The translations under genes were made by a program, and so were the position numbers. The notes under the pieces are model-generated. The model was not told where the DNA came from. It worked only from the letters and a program-made list of their open reading frames with translations, and did no database searches. Shown here one piece after another: positions 10,556-24,347 of a stretch of 47,814 nt of DNA; within the stretch, counting starts at the first letter, position 1, and each line of letters begins with the position of its first letter. Source of the stretch: Octopus bimaculoides. Its lineage: Eukaryota. Where the stretch lies: NCBI RefSeq assembly GCF_001194135.2, contig NC_068987.1, forward strand, positions 43,342,823 through 43,390,636. The letters are read 5' to 3'.

Positions 10556-11901
10556 TAATCTTTGCTGTTTCAAAACAGATAAATATTAATAGGTGAAAAA
10601 AAAAGGAGGTGGGTTGTTAACATTAGGAGATGCAATGTGACAGAAAACTAGAACAGAATTGAGATGGTTGACTGGTTAAAGAATTGAATTAACTACTCAT
10701 GACCCAGAAATTAAAATCTGCTACTATCACTTTAGTGTTTCTAGGCCAAAACTGTATTACTGTGGTGAAATAGAGGTAAAAATGATTTTTTTAAAAATAC
10801 CCCTATTCTAAAAGACATGTAACTCAGTTTTCACTCTTCAGCTTCAGTAACTTACTGGAGGAAGAGAAGCTAAGTGAGTAACTAATGGTAAATGGATATG
10901 AAGGCAATAATGGAAGGCTCGGAGGAGAGATAAGTGTATTCTAAGGCTGGAAAGAAATGAAGTGAGCATGTTTCAATGAATATCTATGTAATGTTATAAT
11001 GAATGAACAGAGCACAAATGACCTAAAAAAAGAACCAACTTATATTACTGTTGTGTAATTGAGATAAATGCAATAAAAGGATTTGAGAAGTAAGTATGCA
11101 TGGGATCGCAAATACATCTTCATTGAGTTACTGGAACAAGGAAAGTTAGGTGGTAGCTAATGGTAAATAAAGATATAAATAGCAATGGAATATTTCAAGC
11201 TGAGGTAAATGTAAAAGGTCACAAACCAATGTTTTAAATAGGGATTTTCATCAAGGAAATTTCTGGAACATTGGTATAGTGGAAAAGGTAAGTAAGTCAT
11301 GGTGAGAGGAAGAGGCAGTGGTTGATAAAATATTCTATGGTAGTTAACAAGCAAGCTTTTAGGTCAAATAATGAATATCTGACTTTTTTTATCTTTGCAA
11401 GTTAAATTGATTTCCTTATCTCTTCTCTCTCCCTCTCTCTCACCTTCCCTAAACTCTATCATCACATATACATACATCAAAATTGACACATACACATTCT
11501 CTATAGCAACATAAAGAAAAGTACACACCATTCTGAGAATCTGTTAGTAGGTGCAATAATATAACTATACAAACAGCATTTTCTCAGGTATTTCAATCAA
11601 GCAACTTCAAAATGTTAATTATATTTTCCAACTGAATAAACAGATAGTGGCTTACAATCATATAAAGCCATAAAAGTCTGTGGAGGGCTGGTATCTATTT
11701 CATCAAAATAGGGTGTAGGTGGCTGAATAGTTAGGAACTTACAACTACATATTTTCCTAAAGCACACCTATCAACACCTTCTTCTCAACTTGTTTCAAGC
11801 TTCCCTCTCCTGTTAAAAATCCCTTACCTTCTTAAAACTATGTCTAATCCCACTTATATCTTAAAATTTACCATGCACTCTTCATTACCCTAGTGTGCAT
11901 T

Positions 11902-12140
11902 CCTAGCTGCCCCAGTTACCATGCACCCCCCTTGCTGCCTCAACTACCATGCATCCCTAGCTGTCCCAGTTACCATGCACCCCTAGCTGCCCCAGTTACC
12001 ATGCACCCCCCCTTGCTGCCTCAACTACCATGCATCCCTAGCTGCCCCAGTTACCATGGACCCCAAATTACCCCAGTTACCATGCACCCCTAGCTGTCCC
12101 AGTTACTATGCACCCCTAGTTGCCCCCGCTACCATGGACA
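11902..12140. repeat. ~26-bp minisatellite with two variant units
   Basis: cctagctg(c/t)cccagttaccatgcacc and ccttgctgcctcaactaccatgcatc occur in the order A B A A B A, followed by degenerate units. Confidence 0.9.
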
Positions 12141-12657
12141 TTGAATAATGTTACCCTGAATATATATCTTCATTCATACTTACATGGGTCATAAAAAATT
12201 TGCTGATGCAGATATTCTGTAGCCAATTACACCAATCCTCACTTATTTCAAAGAAAGTAATAGCTCACCTAGTTTACTGAATAACCTCTAACATGTTTTT
12301 ACAAAAAGGACTGCAAACTAATGACACCAACTGTACAAATGGGTGAGGCATTTGTTTACACTCACCATGTACATGTGTGTAAAACGCAGTCATGCACACA
12401 AATGCACATATCTATATTTTCCTAATATATATCATTATCATCATCTAATATCCATTTTTCCATACTTGCACAGAGCAGAATTTGTTGAGGCAGATTTTGT
12501 ACAACTGGAGGTCCTTCCTGTCGCCAACTGTCACATATTTTCAGGCAAGTTAATATTTCCCCATGACCAGACGGGTTTTTTTTTACAGAAAACCAGAAAC
12601 TAAGAACATCTCTTGCTCATTTACAACCGTCATGTAATGTGAAAACAAGGGTGGGCG

Positions 12658-12697
<40 letters not shown>

Positions 12698-13289
12698 GCT
12701 TTTTTCAGTTCTCATCAACCAAATCCATTCACAAGACTTTGGTTGGCTCAGACTTATAGTAAAAAACAATTTCCCAAGGTGCTTATACATATATAGATAC
12801 ACATACATGGTTGGGGAACAAATTGCCTTTAAAATAAATATTAATGCTACTGGATTCCATTTCTTTTTTATTTCTTAAAAGTTGTTTCTTATCAGTAATT
12901 ATATATTTTTTGGGAGGGTTAGGAGAGAAGATAAAGCCAAGCTCTAGTAACTACAACAATATCACACATACTAGGCTCTTCCTACTTCATCACCCCACGC
13001 ACAATACAGCCTTTCCACTACTCCATACCCTTCTAACTTCCAGTGTCATCTTAAGGCGCTGGCACACTAGGTAGTTGCACAGATGCCTCGCCCATCTAGG
13101 AGCCCAATTCTGATTTGCGTTTGTTGTGGCTTGCTGTCAATAAATAAATACTATAGGGCTTAGTGCACTGATTTGCCTGAGGCCTAGAATGCTGCTAAGA
13201 TGACCCTGCTTCCTCCCCACTTCAGCACACAAACTACACACTCCTCCCCATACTACACCATACTCTACACTTTCCCCACCACTTACATG

Positions 13290-13632
13290 CTCTTCACTAG
13301 AGACCCCATTCAGTCATGAATGACCATGGGATTGCACCAAGAAAGTTTCCCTCCAAGGCACAAGTCTAAGCAAGGTTGTTTTTATGGAAGACCAGCAGTC
13401 ACCCATGCATACCAGCCTCCCCTCTCCATGCCACTGATGTTGTCCAGGGGAAAGCAAAGGCTGATACAGCTCGGCACCAGTGATGTCACAACTCATTTCT
13501 ACAGCCGAGTGAACTGGAGCAACATAAAAATAAAGTGCCTTGCTCAAGAACACAACACACAGTCCAGTCTGGGAATCAAGCTCACTACCTCATGATTATG
13601 AGCCCAATGCTCTAACCACTGAGCCATGCACC
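13290..13632 (-). mobile_element. Near full-length tRNA-derived SINE; further tRNA-head SINE fragments at ~18340-18490, 24140-24290, 15900-16090 and 46260-46460
   Basis: The minus strand begins gcatggctcagtggttagagcattgggctc...gagcttgattccc (A and B boxes), followed by cttgagcaaggcacttt and a non-tRNA body. Confidence 0.8.
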
Positions 13633-14463
13633 TTCATATGCCCTTCACCACATACATACAATTCCTATTACACCCTATACACACCTGCCACATGCACTCC
13701 CCACTACACATATACAAACCACACCCTCCACACACAAACCAACAAAGAATTTTGCATATGATAACTCAAATTGTTATAAACAGCTTTAAATCACTCATTG
13801 CCATCCCAAAAGGTAAAAAAACACATTCAATAAAGTAGACCTAGATTACACTATATTTGAAAAAGATAAAGATCATGGCTTCGATTATCAGTCTGAAGAA
13901 ACAAAACTGACCAGTGGTTAAACAATGTTACTGACTAGCCTTTGTGGTGCCTCAATTTGCTAGAAATAGCAGTCAAATCTCCCTCTGGATCTGTAAAAGG
14001 GGAAGGACACATCAGATAATGTAGTTCTAAATACTCCTAAAGAAAAACAAGATGGTCATGGCTGAAATACTTTGGAGTATAGATCTGCTTGGTTGACTTG
14101 TAGTTAAACACACATACACTCACATTCATGCATACCCGCATACAGAAACACACACTCAACCAAACTCACACAGGAAGTGGAGAAAAGGCAGAAGGGCTTA
14201 CAATTCTTACCCTGCTTCCTTGTTGGCTGCTTTGTTAATGTTTCCATTAATTGTACCCCCATGGCAAATGGAAACTACTACTACTACTTATCATATTTGG
14301 GAACAAAATAGCGACTGAATTAACTGATAACATTGGGAGATGACATTTTCAGAGCAGAAGCCAAATAACAAAACAGAAGCCAAATAACAAAACAGAAGCC
14401 TTTAAATGATGAGGTGGTGGTGGTAGAAGATGGAGTAGAAAGGAAGGGGAGAGAGAGAGAGGG

Positions 14464-14506
<43 letters not shown>

Positions 14507-17500
14507 AGGGTGGAAACAAACTACTTCATTTGCAAATGTCAAAAATCCCAGAAGGAAGAGATAATTAACCATTTATCACTGTCATCCTGATTATCATTAT
14601 AGGAGTGTGGCAAGAAACAGCATCAAGTTCTCAAAGCCATTAACACTAGCATCACATCACCTGGCAGAAAAGCATGTACACTACACAATTATGCTTGTTA
14701 GTAAAATCAACAGATTTCAGACATAAGGAATTTGAGACTCAGGCTTTAGTTACATCTAGGACTGAAATCACACTTGAAATCAGTTTTGCTTTTCATCTTT
14801 GCACGATTCTTAATCACCATCATCCACTTTTCCATATTTGCATGGGTTGGACAGTTTATTGAGACAGATTTTCTGATGCCCTTCTTGTTGCCAGCCTTCA
14901 CCTGTTTCTAATCAAAGTAATATTTCTCAAAAGCCAGATATGTTCTCACAGAATATTAGAGATAAATAGCATTGCTTGTATGGCAGTGTCAATCATTTAC
15001 AGCTATCACATCATGTCAAGACAAGGAGGTATAAACATACACACACACGTATGATGGGCTTCTTTCAGTTTCTATCTAGCAAATGCACACACACACACAA
15101 AGATTTGGTGGGACAATAGTTGAAGACACTTCCCCAAGGTGCTGTGTAAATACACCTAAATCAGCATAAGAGAGATTGTCTCTCTTATCAGCTCGCAGCA
15201 CCACCGATTTAGGTGCATTTACATCATTTGTCTACAGCAAGCAATTTTCTCCATGACAAAACACAGTGAATGGCTTGTTTATGAATTCGAACTTGCCATT
15301 GGCATATTGGAACTGGTAATAACATTGTATTTATACACATCACTGCTTAGTGCTCCCACCTCGTAAGTTTATTTATGTCTATGCTCTGAGTTCAAATCTC
15401 ATAAAAGTCAATTTCACCTTTCATCCATCTAGAAACAATAAAATGAGTACCAGGAAAATTTATGAGGTTCAATATGTTCAACTACATACCTCTCCTTCAA
15501 TTTATGACCTTGAGCTCACATTAGAAAATCATTACTGACTTTGTTTTACATTGTTATTTACTGGTCAGTCATTAAACACTAGCAATATATGAGGATCAAT
15601 TTAATCCAATATAACCATCTTCTACAACTACATAGTCTTGGTGTAGTTCCTTACTGATAGAAGTAGATGTTCAGTTGGAACTATCAAAACCAGCAATTGT
15701 AGTTTAACACCAGATCCACCCTATTATCAAATTCAATACAACCATGACCACTCAATACTTCTCTTGGGTACTATGTGTCTAGCACTACAGTATCCATGAT
15801 ATGCTTCTCTTTCCTACACAGCAACATGTAATTTGAGAAAGACTTCAAAGAGTGAGTGTAATTTTAAGGAAATGTGGTTGAGTGACTGTGTACAAGGTCC
15901 CTTGAGTTAATGATGATGCTTCAGTGAAGAAGAGGAAGAAGGCGTTGTAGTAGTATTGGATTATCAGCCCTAAAAGGATGAAAGGAATAGTTGGCCCCAA
16001 TAGGATTTAAACTAAGAGTGCAGAGAGGCAGGACTGACACCACAAGGCATTCTAACAAACTTTTTAACCACACTACCATTTCACTGCCTTACTCCATAAG
16101 CTTGGGGCTGATATGAGAAATCAATATTATTGATTTCTTTTTACTTGGAGCAAAGCCTCTCCATCATCCTAGTTTCCATTACCAGAAAGGAGTACAGTCA
16201 ATTGAATTGACTAAACAATTTTTCTTCTTCAAAATCCTCCTCCCTAAGAAAGACTTATTTCTGGAATTTTCCCTCCCCTACCTTAACCAGTGATCTTCAA
16301 ATTATTCCGAATGCACATTATCTATGTTCCAGTCAAAGAAGGCTTCACTCTTCCGACTTGGACTAATTTTGTTTTGTTCTTTTACTTTATTCTATTATAA
16401 GCCAACACGGGAATTCTGACACCCACCTAACACTTTATTTTATTATTATTATTATTATTATTTCAAAACTGATACAAACCAAGATGCTTCCAAATAGTGA
16501 TAATGGGAAACAATAAGATCAGAAATTGAAGAACAAATTAGAAATTGAAAATGAAAATTAAAAAAATTTTAATTAGGGTTTTTTTTAAATTTTCTATGTC
16601 TGAATCATAAATTGTTAATCTAATTCCCACTTTTCAATTTTGGTTTTAAAAAATCGTGTTTTCCTTATAAGAATTTAGAAACCTCAAGAGAATCAAAGTA
16701 AATTATGTATTTACAGTGAAACTCCAAGTAGATAAAGTTATAAATAATAGCACGTAGAATATTGGGTTAAAAAAAACACACGGATTGAAAAAAAAGTTGA
16801 AAGCTGTCTATGAGACTCAAAACCACATCTGTGAACATTACAGATGTATTAGCCATTATACCAAAGCAACACTTCACATCTCCGTTTTAGAAGCTTTCTT
16901 CATACTGGTAAGAATTGTGAGATGTTTACATTATAACAACAAATAGAAACACTGTCCTCTAGGCAGTGTACATCATGCAAATAAGCAGCCAAAGGTGATC
17001 TCAAGGTTCTGAACCTCATGTAGGGCATGTCAAAGAACCAAGATCATGCACAATTTGCTGAGCTCAAGAGGACCTGTCCATCACAGCAAAAAAATGTCCT
17101 AAAAGCATTCTGTTTATGCTTATAACCCCTTCTGCCATGTCAAGTATTTCCCCTATCTCTTTCCCTAACATTCAGCCCTCCATCATCCCGCTATCTATGG
17201 CAGCTTTAATCACTTGAAAGCAGAATTGGCACATATTACTTCCACATATTGATGTTTTCCATCAACTACACCTCCACCACTATTTCTCATTCACTACATT
17301 CTCCTCTACCCACTAACCACCTGTTACTTTCCCCTCACACTCTTCTGAAATAACCCTCACCCCCTGATCCACTGCCTGCATTTTCTTATGCTTACCTTCT
17401 TGTACTTTGAGAGTTTGCTCTGGCACCCCTTCACTACCATTTTTATCATCTTCCCAGCTACTCCCATGGGGTAGCCATGTATTTCCTCTATAGTAAGATA

Positions 17501-18844
17501 CTGTTTCTTATTCCTCTATCATATTTTAGCCCTTCAACACTTGGCACAAAGCCACCTCCTTCTCTTAGATACTTCCCCTACTTAGTTGTAGGGGCTTTAC
17601 CTCTTTTTTCTGTTCTTTTACTGTCTTACCAAGTTGCATGGCAACCTCACTAATACTGGTGGCATGAAAAAAGTAGCAAGTACACACTATGAAGTGATTG
17701 GCATTAGGAAGGACATCCAGTCATGGAAACTATACCAAAGTTGACACAGGAGCTCAGTGCAGCCCTGCAGCTTGCTGGATCCTGTCAGACAGTCCAACCC
17801 ATGCTAGCATGGAAGACTGATGTCAATGATAATGATAATGTAGATGACGATGACAACCAGAACCCTTAAACTTAACTAATATAGCCATTATTGTAGACAA
17901 ATCTATTAACAAGAAGCTAAAATACTCAAGAAAATTTGAAATATATAAAAACCTTATAATACATGTGTGCATGTATGATACTGAATGTATGAGTATAAAT
18001 TTGCACACATACTTGTATGCACACAATGGCATGAATGTGTATGTTTATTTGTATACATATATGTGTGTATAGATATGTGTATAAGCAAATAATCATGACT
18101 ACATTGTGTAAACATGTGTAGTCATAGTCACACAGTCATGTTTATCTAACAAAACTTGAATACATGTGTATGCACATAAGAAATAATCTTCACTAAATAC
18201 ACACAAGCTAATTTTCAATTGTAGTAGCCACTTCTGGAGCAATAGTTTATAAATGTCAGTTAAAACCTACAGTTGTCTATCTTGTAATGTTTCTACCTTC
18301 AAAGCACATTAATGCACCATGTGCATATCTGTGAAAGTGTATAGCCATGGGTAAATGATTAAGTTCACTTCTTAATTATCAGGTTATGGGTTTGAATCCA
18401 CTGCATTGCACCTTAGACAAGTATCTTCATGGTGATCTTGGATCAACCCAAGCATTGTAAATAAAGTTGAATGGAAACCTGTTGCTGTGATATACTCAGC
18501 TGCTTGCATAATACAAGTCACTGGTTCCATTGATCAGACAACTGGAACATGCAGCAAAAGTGATGGGCACTATTAAATATACAATAATATACACTATTGT
18601 ATATTTATATACACAAACATGTATATACTCACAGTTGCTATTATTTATACACACTAATATAGGTGTATACACTTCAAATGTATACACACAAATGTGTACA
18701 AACTATTACTAATTTACACACACAAATATAGACATGTACACATTTATACACACAAAATTAAGTGAGAACTATTCTTATTTATTTATGCACACATATATGA
18801 GTGCGCACACATTAGTCTTAGCATATATTTCTTCTTTCATTTTT

Positions 18845-21250
18845 TTATTAGCTTGATCCACAAGAAGAGATAGTATCCATGGCCTTCAAAATCAATAAGA
18901 TTGATGCCATAAACACTTGACTTACACAGTTGCATGTTGACATATAGGAAAGAAATCCAGACTGGACATAGTAGTTTGTGCATGCCTGATGAGTGGACAT
19001 AACATGAATGAGAGCACAGACAAGTGAAACATGAGTGACTGAGTGGAGGTGGCACGAAACCAGTTTCACAAGGACTTCCATGAGAGCAGGCCTCATTGTA
19101 GAAAGAAAAAAAAAACAGAGAAAAAGAGCACATGCCCTTTCACTCCACCTGGCCGAAGTTTGGATCATGTCTATGAACGACTTTATTTCTATCAAGCAAA
19201 TGGCCTTTCTCAGAAGTTTAGGATGTTTGTATGCATAACACCACCACCACCATCCCAGTCGTGGGATCAGTACTCCACTGTGAGTTTTACCTGAGTTTTC
19301 TAGTGGATCACTAATTGTTGGGAGGCTAAAAGAAGGGCCAGTCTCTGAGACATGGTCTTAGCTATGTTAAAGGTTTAAGGGTAAATGTTCACCATGAGAT
19401 CATCAGTGATAGTAAGGATAAGCATTTGAAGTGATCTCAAAGGCTGGGCTCCAGTTGAATGCTGTTCAAGCTTAAAGGAAATCAAGTGAGATTTTTGTTG
19501 ATATGAGTAATGTTTGTGTTCTTTCCAGTTTGGAGGACAAAGACAAGATTGCCATGGCACAATAGAAAGATATTTTCCAGGCATAAGTGCATGTTTGGTT
19601 TGAGGTGTTTATGCTGCATGTGGACAATACAAAGTTGGAAAGCTGTGTAAGTGGTTATTGTTGGAAGTGATGCCAAGAAAGTCATTGACATATAAGAGGA
19701 TGAATGTAATGGGGACAAAACTAGACCTTGGGGCACACACCTGAATTGATAGAGTGTAGGTCAGACAGAGCTCATCAGCACAGGCTGTAATAATGTGATC
19801 TGACAAGAAGCTACCAATCTAAGAGATGCAAGACAGATGAAGAACACAGGTGGGCAGTTTTGACAGTAGATTTGTGTGCTGGACACAGTTTAAAGCTTTG
19901 CTAATGTGAAGTACAATGACACTACTTACATCAAATTTTCCAAGGGAGAGAGCCCCACTGATGTGTGATATAGGAAATTAGTCTCCAGCAGCTCTGGTTA
20001 TATGAAAGCCATACTTGTAGAGACTAAGGAGGGGGAGATATTCAATGGTATCAGAGAATGTTGGTAGTGGCTTGCCCTTCTTGGAAATAATGAAGAGTTT
20101 TGCAAGTATAGGGGCTAACACTAGGAAACACAGAAAGCAAAGGGAGGTATATTGTTAGGACCAATGTACTTGTTAGTTTGAAGTAACTTTAATACATAAT
20201 GCTTATGTGTGTATGATGGTGAGCCTGGTCAAGTGATAAAATAGGAATTTGGAGGAGATTTATGTGGTGATGCAAAGTGAGCAACAAAGGTGACTTTTGC
20301 TGTAGGAAGACTATCCATAGAAAGACCGTGGTCAAGCAGAAGAGGAAAGGAGAATTGAGCAAAATTGGTGGAGATCCTTTTTTTATGGAGACCTGCCAAA
20401 AGTTAGTGAGAAAATCAGGCAAAAACCAATGCAATTATCTGGTCACTGTGTGCACCATCCTCATGTGGAAGCATCCAAATTAGTCTTGTGGAACCCACTT
20501 TGTGGTGATGTAAGAAGAGGAAAACATCATCACACTTATATCAACAACTTGATTGCAGACACTGGCCTGGAATGTATCCAGGACCTTGCGGCAATGATGA
20601 TAGGCCAAGAAGTGTGGCAGGTGGACTTTGTTGCTGTGACTCTGGTTGGAACTTGGCCATAATAATGATGATAAGAATTGATTGTAGTTTAAGAGAAAGG
20701 AGAGCTTGAGGGTTGTGCAATGCATAGAGATATTGTTCATGGTTTGGTGATCATCTTGCAAGAGATGTGGTACTGGGTCAATGCTGCTCAGTTTGGAGGA
20801 TTGGGGTCGGGTTTTTAGCCTCAATTGTTGCAACACAGCTACAAGTGAGCAATGAATGAGGGATGTGGAGGAACAAGTCTAACAGGATGGTTTTGTTCAT
20901 CTGCCAAGCTGTTTCTGATGTATCAGGGATGAAGTTCAAATCCTGCTGCCAGTGATAATTAGCATACAACTTGTTAGGGGCTCTGACTAGTCAACTGACT
21001 TGAAGTACCATAAGGGCCCAAGGATGAGGACAGACATTGTGTAACCTGTAGATACATATTGGAGAGTAACAATAAGGCAGTGGTCAGACAACCCATCAGG
21101 TGCAAGATAGTTATGATCTGATAGTGGTAGTGGGTTTGGAGGTGAGTAAGAGATCAAGGATGTTTAGACACAGAACTATATGTCAACAAGAACAATGGCT
21201 GAGAAGTTAATGTATTGGATCATTGAATTCAGATATTCCTACAAGCTTTT
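18845..21250 (-). mobile_element. Decayed APE-type LINE (CR1/L2/Jockey-like group): endonuclease remnant, RT and C-terminal region
   Basis: Frameshifted motifs PQGLVLSPL..LLYVNDFL (~19650-19740), YKTQVK..EY.SH.WDG-like (~19250-19330) and FY..CSH...VPPP (~19030-19110). A related 3' fragment lies at ~22290-22580. Confidence 0.75.
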
Positions 21251-22589
21251 TGCTTTACCTCTGTGAAAAGAAAACATTTTGCAACCTCAATTTGTGAAGC
21301 TTACAAGTTCCACTGTAGCATCACAGTTGAGTGGTCAACAGTTGAAATGGTGCTGAGTATTAAAAACTTACCTAAATATCTAAAACTCAGAGAAACTCTT
21401 AAAATCTGGTATTTACTTGTAGTTTTATGCAGATAAGTTACAGCTTATCTTTTATTTAGTAGTATGGAAACTGTATACTCTGTCCAGATTATCTTACAAA
21501 AATGAGACAGAATCTCTTTTCAGATAGAGCGAATAGTTTCATGTTACTAAACAGATGAGAGATAATCACCTTCTGCAAAAGATTTATAATTTCAGTGCTA
21601 CTAGACAGAGGTGAGATTCTTTCGTATAGGACAGAATTCCATACAAAATCTGGTTCTTGTCTCTCAGGTATGTAGAATTTAGTGTTTAATCCTTTTAGTA
21701 CCAAACCACCTAAGACTGATCTTAATTCAATGAAAAATTCTCCGTTTTAAAGCAAAGCCTTATATCAAAATTTATGTTCCAAACACCAACTTAATAATGA
21801 CAAAGTTATTTTACTAAATTCATTATTTTCAAAATTAATTGTAATAAAGACAGTGTATTTCAACAGAAATAGAATAATAAAAAGAATTTTAAATAAACCG
21901 GTGATTCAATCACATAATACAATATTTAGTCCTCTAAATATATCCCCAAACTTCTATTGTTTGGGTCTCCAAAGAACAAATACCAACACACATCAGATCA
22001 CTACTGGCTGTAAACAGATGCTCTACTAATTGTCAACATTATCATCATCACCACCACCATCCCTATTTCCATGCTGGCATGGGTTGGATAGTTTAACAAG
22101 AACTGACAAGCCAGAGAGCTCTGCCAGGTTCTATGTCTGCTTTGGTATGGTTTCTACAGCTGAATGATCTTCCTAACACCAACCACTTAACATAATGTAC
22201 TGGCTGCTTTTTATGTGGCACCAGCACTAGTGAGGTCACCAAGTACCCACAAGATAAGACCCCTCAATTGAGTGGGGTACAGATTGGAGAAAGAAGCTAT
22301 GATAGATGGAAAGGAGTAGGTGTCTTAAAGAGGTGAATACATGTCTTGCACACCTGGAAAGTGAAAGACAGAAAGGTAGAGGAAGAAAGAGATGTGAGGT
22401 CCAGGTACAACATGAATATGAGACAGAATAGGATGTACTTCGAGTGAAAATAGTGTGACAGATGATTAGAGATAGGGAATGAGTTGGATATAAAGGATAT
22501 CAGTTCAGCAGAGGGGGAAGTGAAGGAAATAAAAGATGAGTTGTGGAGGAAGGCTTGACAGAGCTTAAATTTTGCTGAGATCAACAGGT

Positions 22590-23370
22590 CTTCTCAAGCA
22601 CAGCATACTGCCATTCATCTCAGTTCTTTGTCATCTCCTCTAAGAGGTTCAACATCGTAAGATGAGTCTTTACCACTTTCTCCCACAACTTCCTAGTTCA
22701 ACCTCTTCCACATTTAGTGATCAGCACTTCTTTATACAGCTGTCTTCATTCATCTGCATCACATGACCATACCAGTGCAATCTCTCCTGCATGCCACATC
22801 TGATGCTTCTTATGCCTATGACATGGTATTTTTACTTACACCTTGTCTACATATGGAATAGGGTAATTTATCTGAAGGGATTAGTGTTTTGTTTGTTCTC
22901 CTGCTAATTAGAACTTTAGTCTTTTCTAAGTTAACCTTAAGACCCTCTGATTCCTGATTTTGTTTCCATATTTGGAATTTTAAATCTAATTTTTCTACAC
23001 TTTCATCTATAAGTATAAGGTCATCAGCATAGAAGAGTTCCCATGGGCAAGGGGTCTTAAATTCCTTCATTGAATCCTGATGAACACCTACCTGCACACT
23101 AAATTCACTGCTGTACTCATTGTTAACTCTCACTAACCATTCATCTACTCCTAGCTTTCACAGTGACTGTCAGATGAGGGATTGAGACACTCTGTCAAAG
23201 GTTTTCTCCAGGTCAACAAATGCTAAGTAAATACTTCTATAATTACCAAACTATAAAGTGAGCATCAGTAGTGCTTCTCTCTGGCATGAAACCAAACTGC
23301 ATCTCATCTAGATTAACTTGTTTCTTATTAATTGGGTTATGACTCTTTCAGTGACATTCATAACCTAGTC
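22590..23370 (-). mobile_element. RTE-clade LINE fragment with the RT catalytic motif, internally deleted
   Basis: FSVQVGVHQ...PWELFYADDL...GLKVNLEKTKVL, followed by LHWYGHVMQM. Confidence 0.9.
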
Positions 23371-24288
23371 CAATAATTTGATACCTTTATAAATACTTCT
23401 TTTTAAAACAACTCCTTTACCTTTGTAACAGTTGACTATGATGCAGCTACACCAATCATTGAAAGAAAATTAGTGAAAATGAAAGATCATTTGGAAATAT
23501 GAAGGTCACAATTTGTTGTTATTGGAACAATCTCCATAAACAAACTGATACATCTACAACATCCCTAAACAAAACAACACAGCTACAATACCCCATAACA
23601 CTACTACAACACCAAGTTAAGAACACCATCTATCCCACTCAGCTCAGAGAAACATAAAACACATATAAACAGTGGCAGCATTATCAATAGTATCATTTAG
23701 CTTCAGACACTGCATTTGGATGCATACCATCAATGATAAATGCACTAGGATATCAAACGTGCTGATTGAGACTGAAGCCATTGGCGGAATATATGGGTAT
23801 ATAGCGATATGAAAGAAGACAATATGTTTATACTGTTACACAGTACCGACATCATTCATCACTGCATGCTAGAGTGTGTAGTATGGTTCAAGTCAGATAA
23901 AGGTATGGTAAATCTGGAACAATGCAGCTATGAGAACACCTACTTGTTCAGCTGACTACTTCCATGCCATAGGTCTGCTCAATGTAAGTTAACCTGGGAC
24001 TATACAACTACTAATTACTACCATTACTACTTCACACCTATCTTATCATCTCTAGATGGTCTTTAGTTAAAAACAATATTTTTTTGTCTTTATCAATTAT
24101 GTCTTCAGGTGGGAACTTTTAAAATTTGGTTAGAGATGCAGACATAGCTATGAGGTTATGAAGTCTGCTTTTGAACCACATGGTTTCAGGTACAGTCCCA
24201 GTGCATAGCACCTTGAGCAAGTATCTTCTATAGCCCCAGGTCAACCAAAGCCTTCACAATGGATTTAATAGACAGAAATTGAAAGAAT

Positions 24289-24344
<56 letters not shown>

Positions 24345-24347
<3 letters not shown>

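Noticed and set aside
9745-12140. Tandem arrays as CRISPR-like repeat-spacer loci
   Set aside because: Units are contiguous with no unique spacers, there are no cas genes, and the context is a eukaryotic intron.
13560-13632. tRNA gene
   Set aside because: A and B boxes are present but there is no complete cloverleaf, and the sequence continues into a SINE body. The same applies to the other tRNA-like heads.
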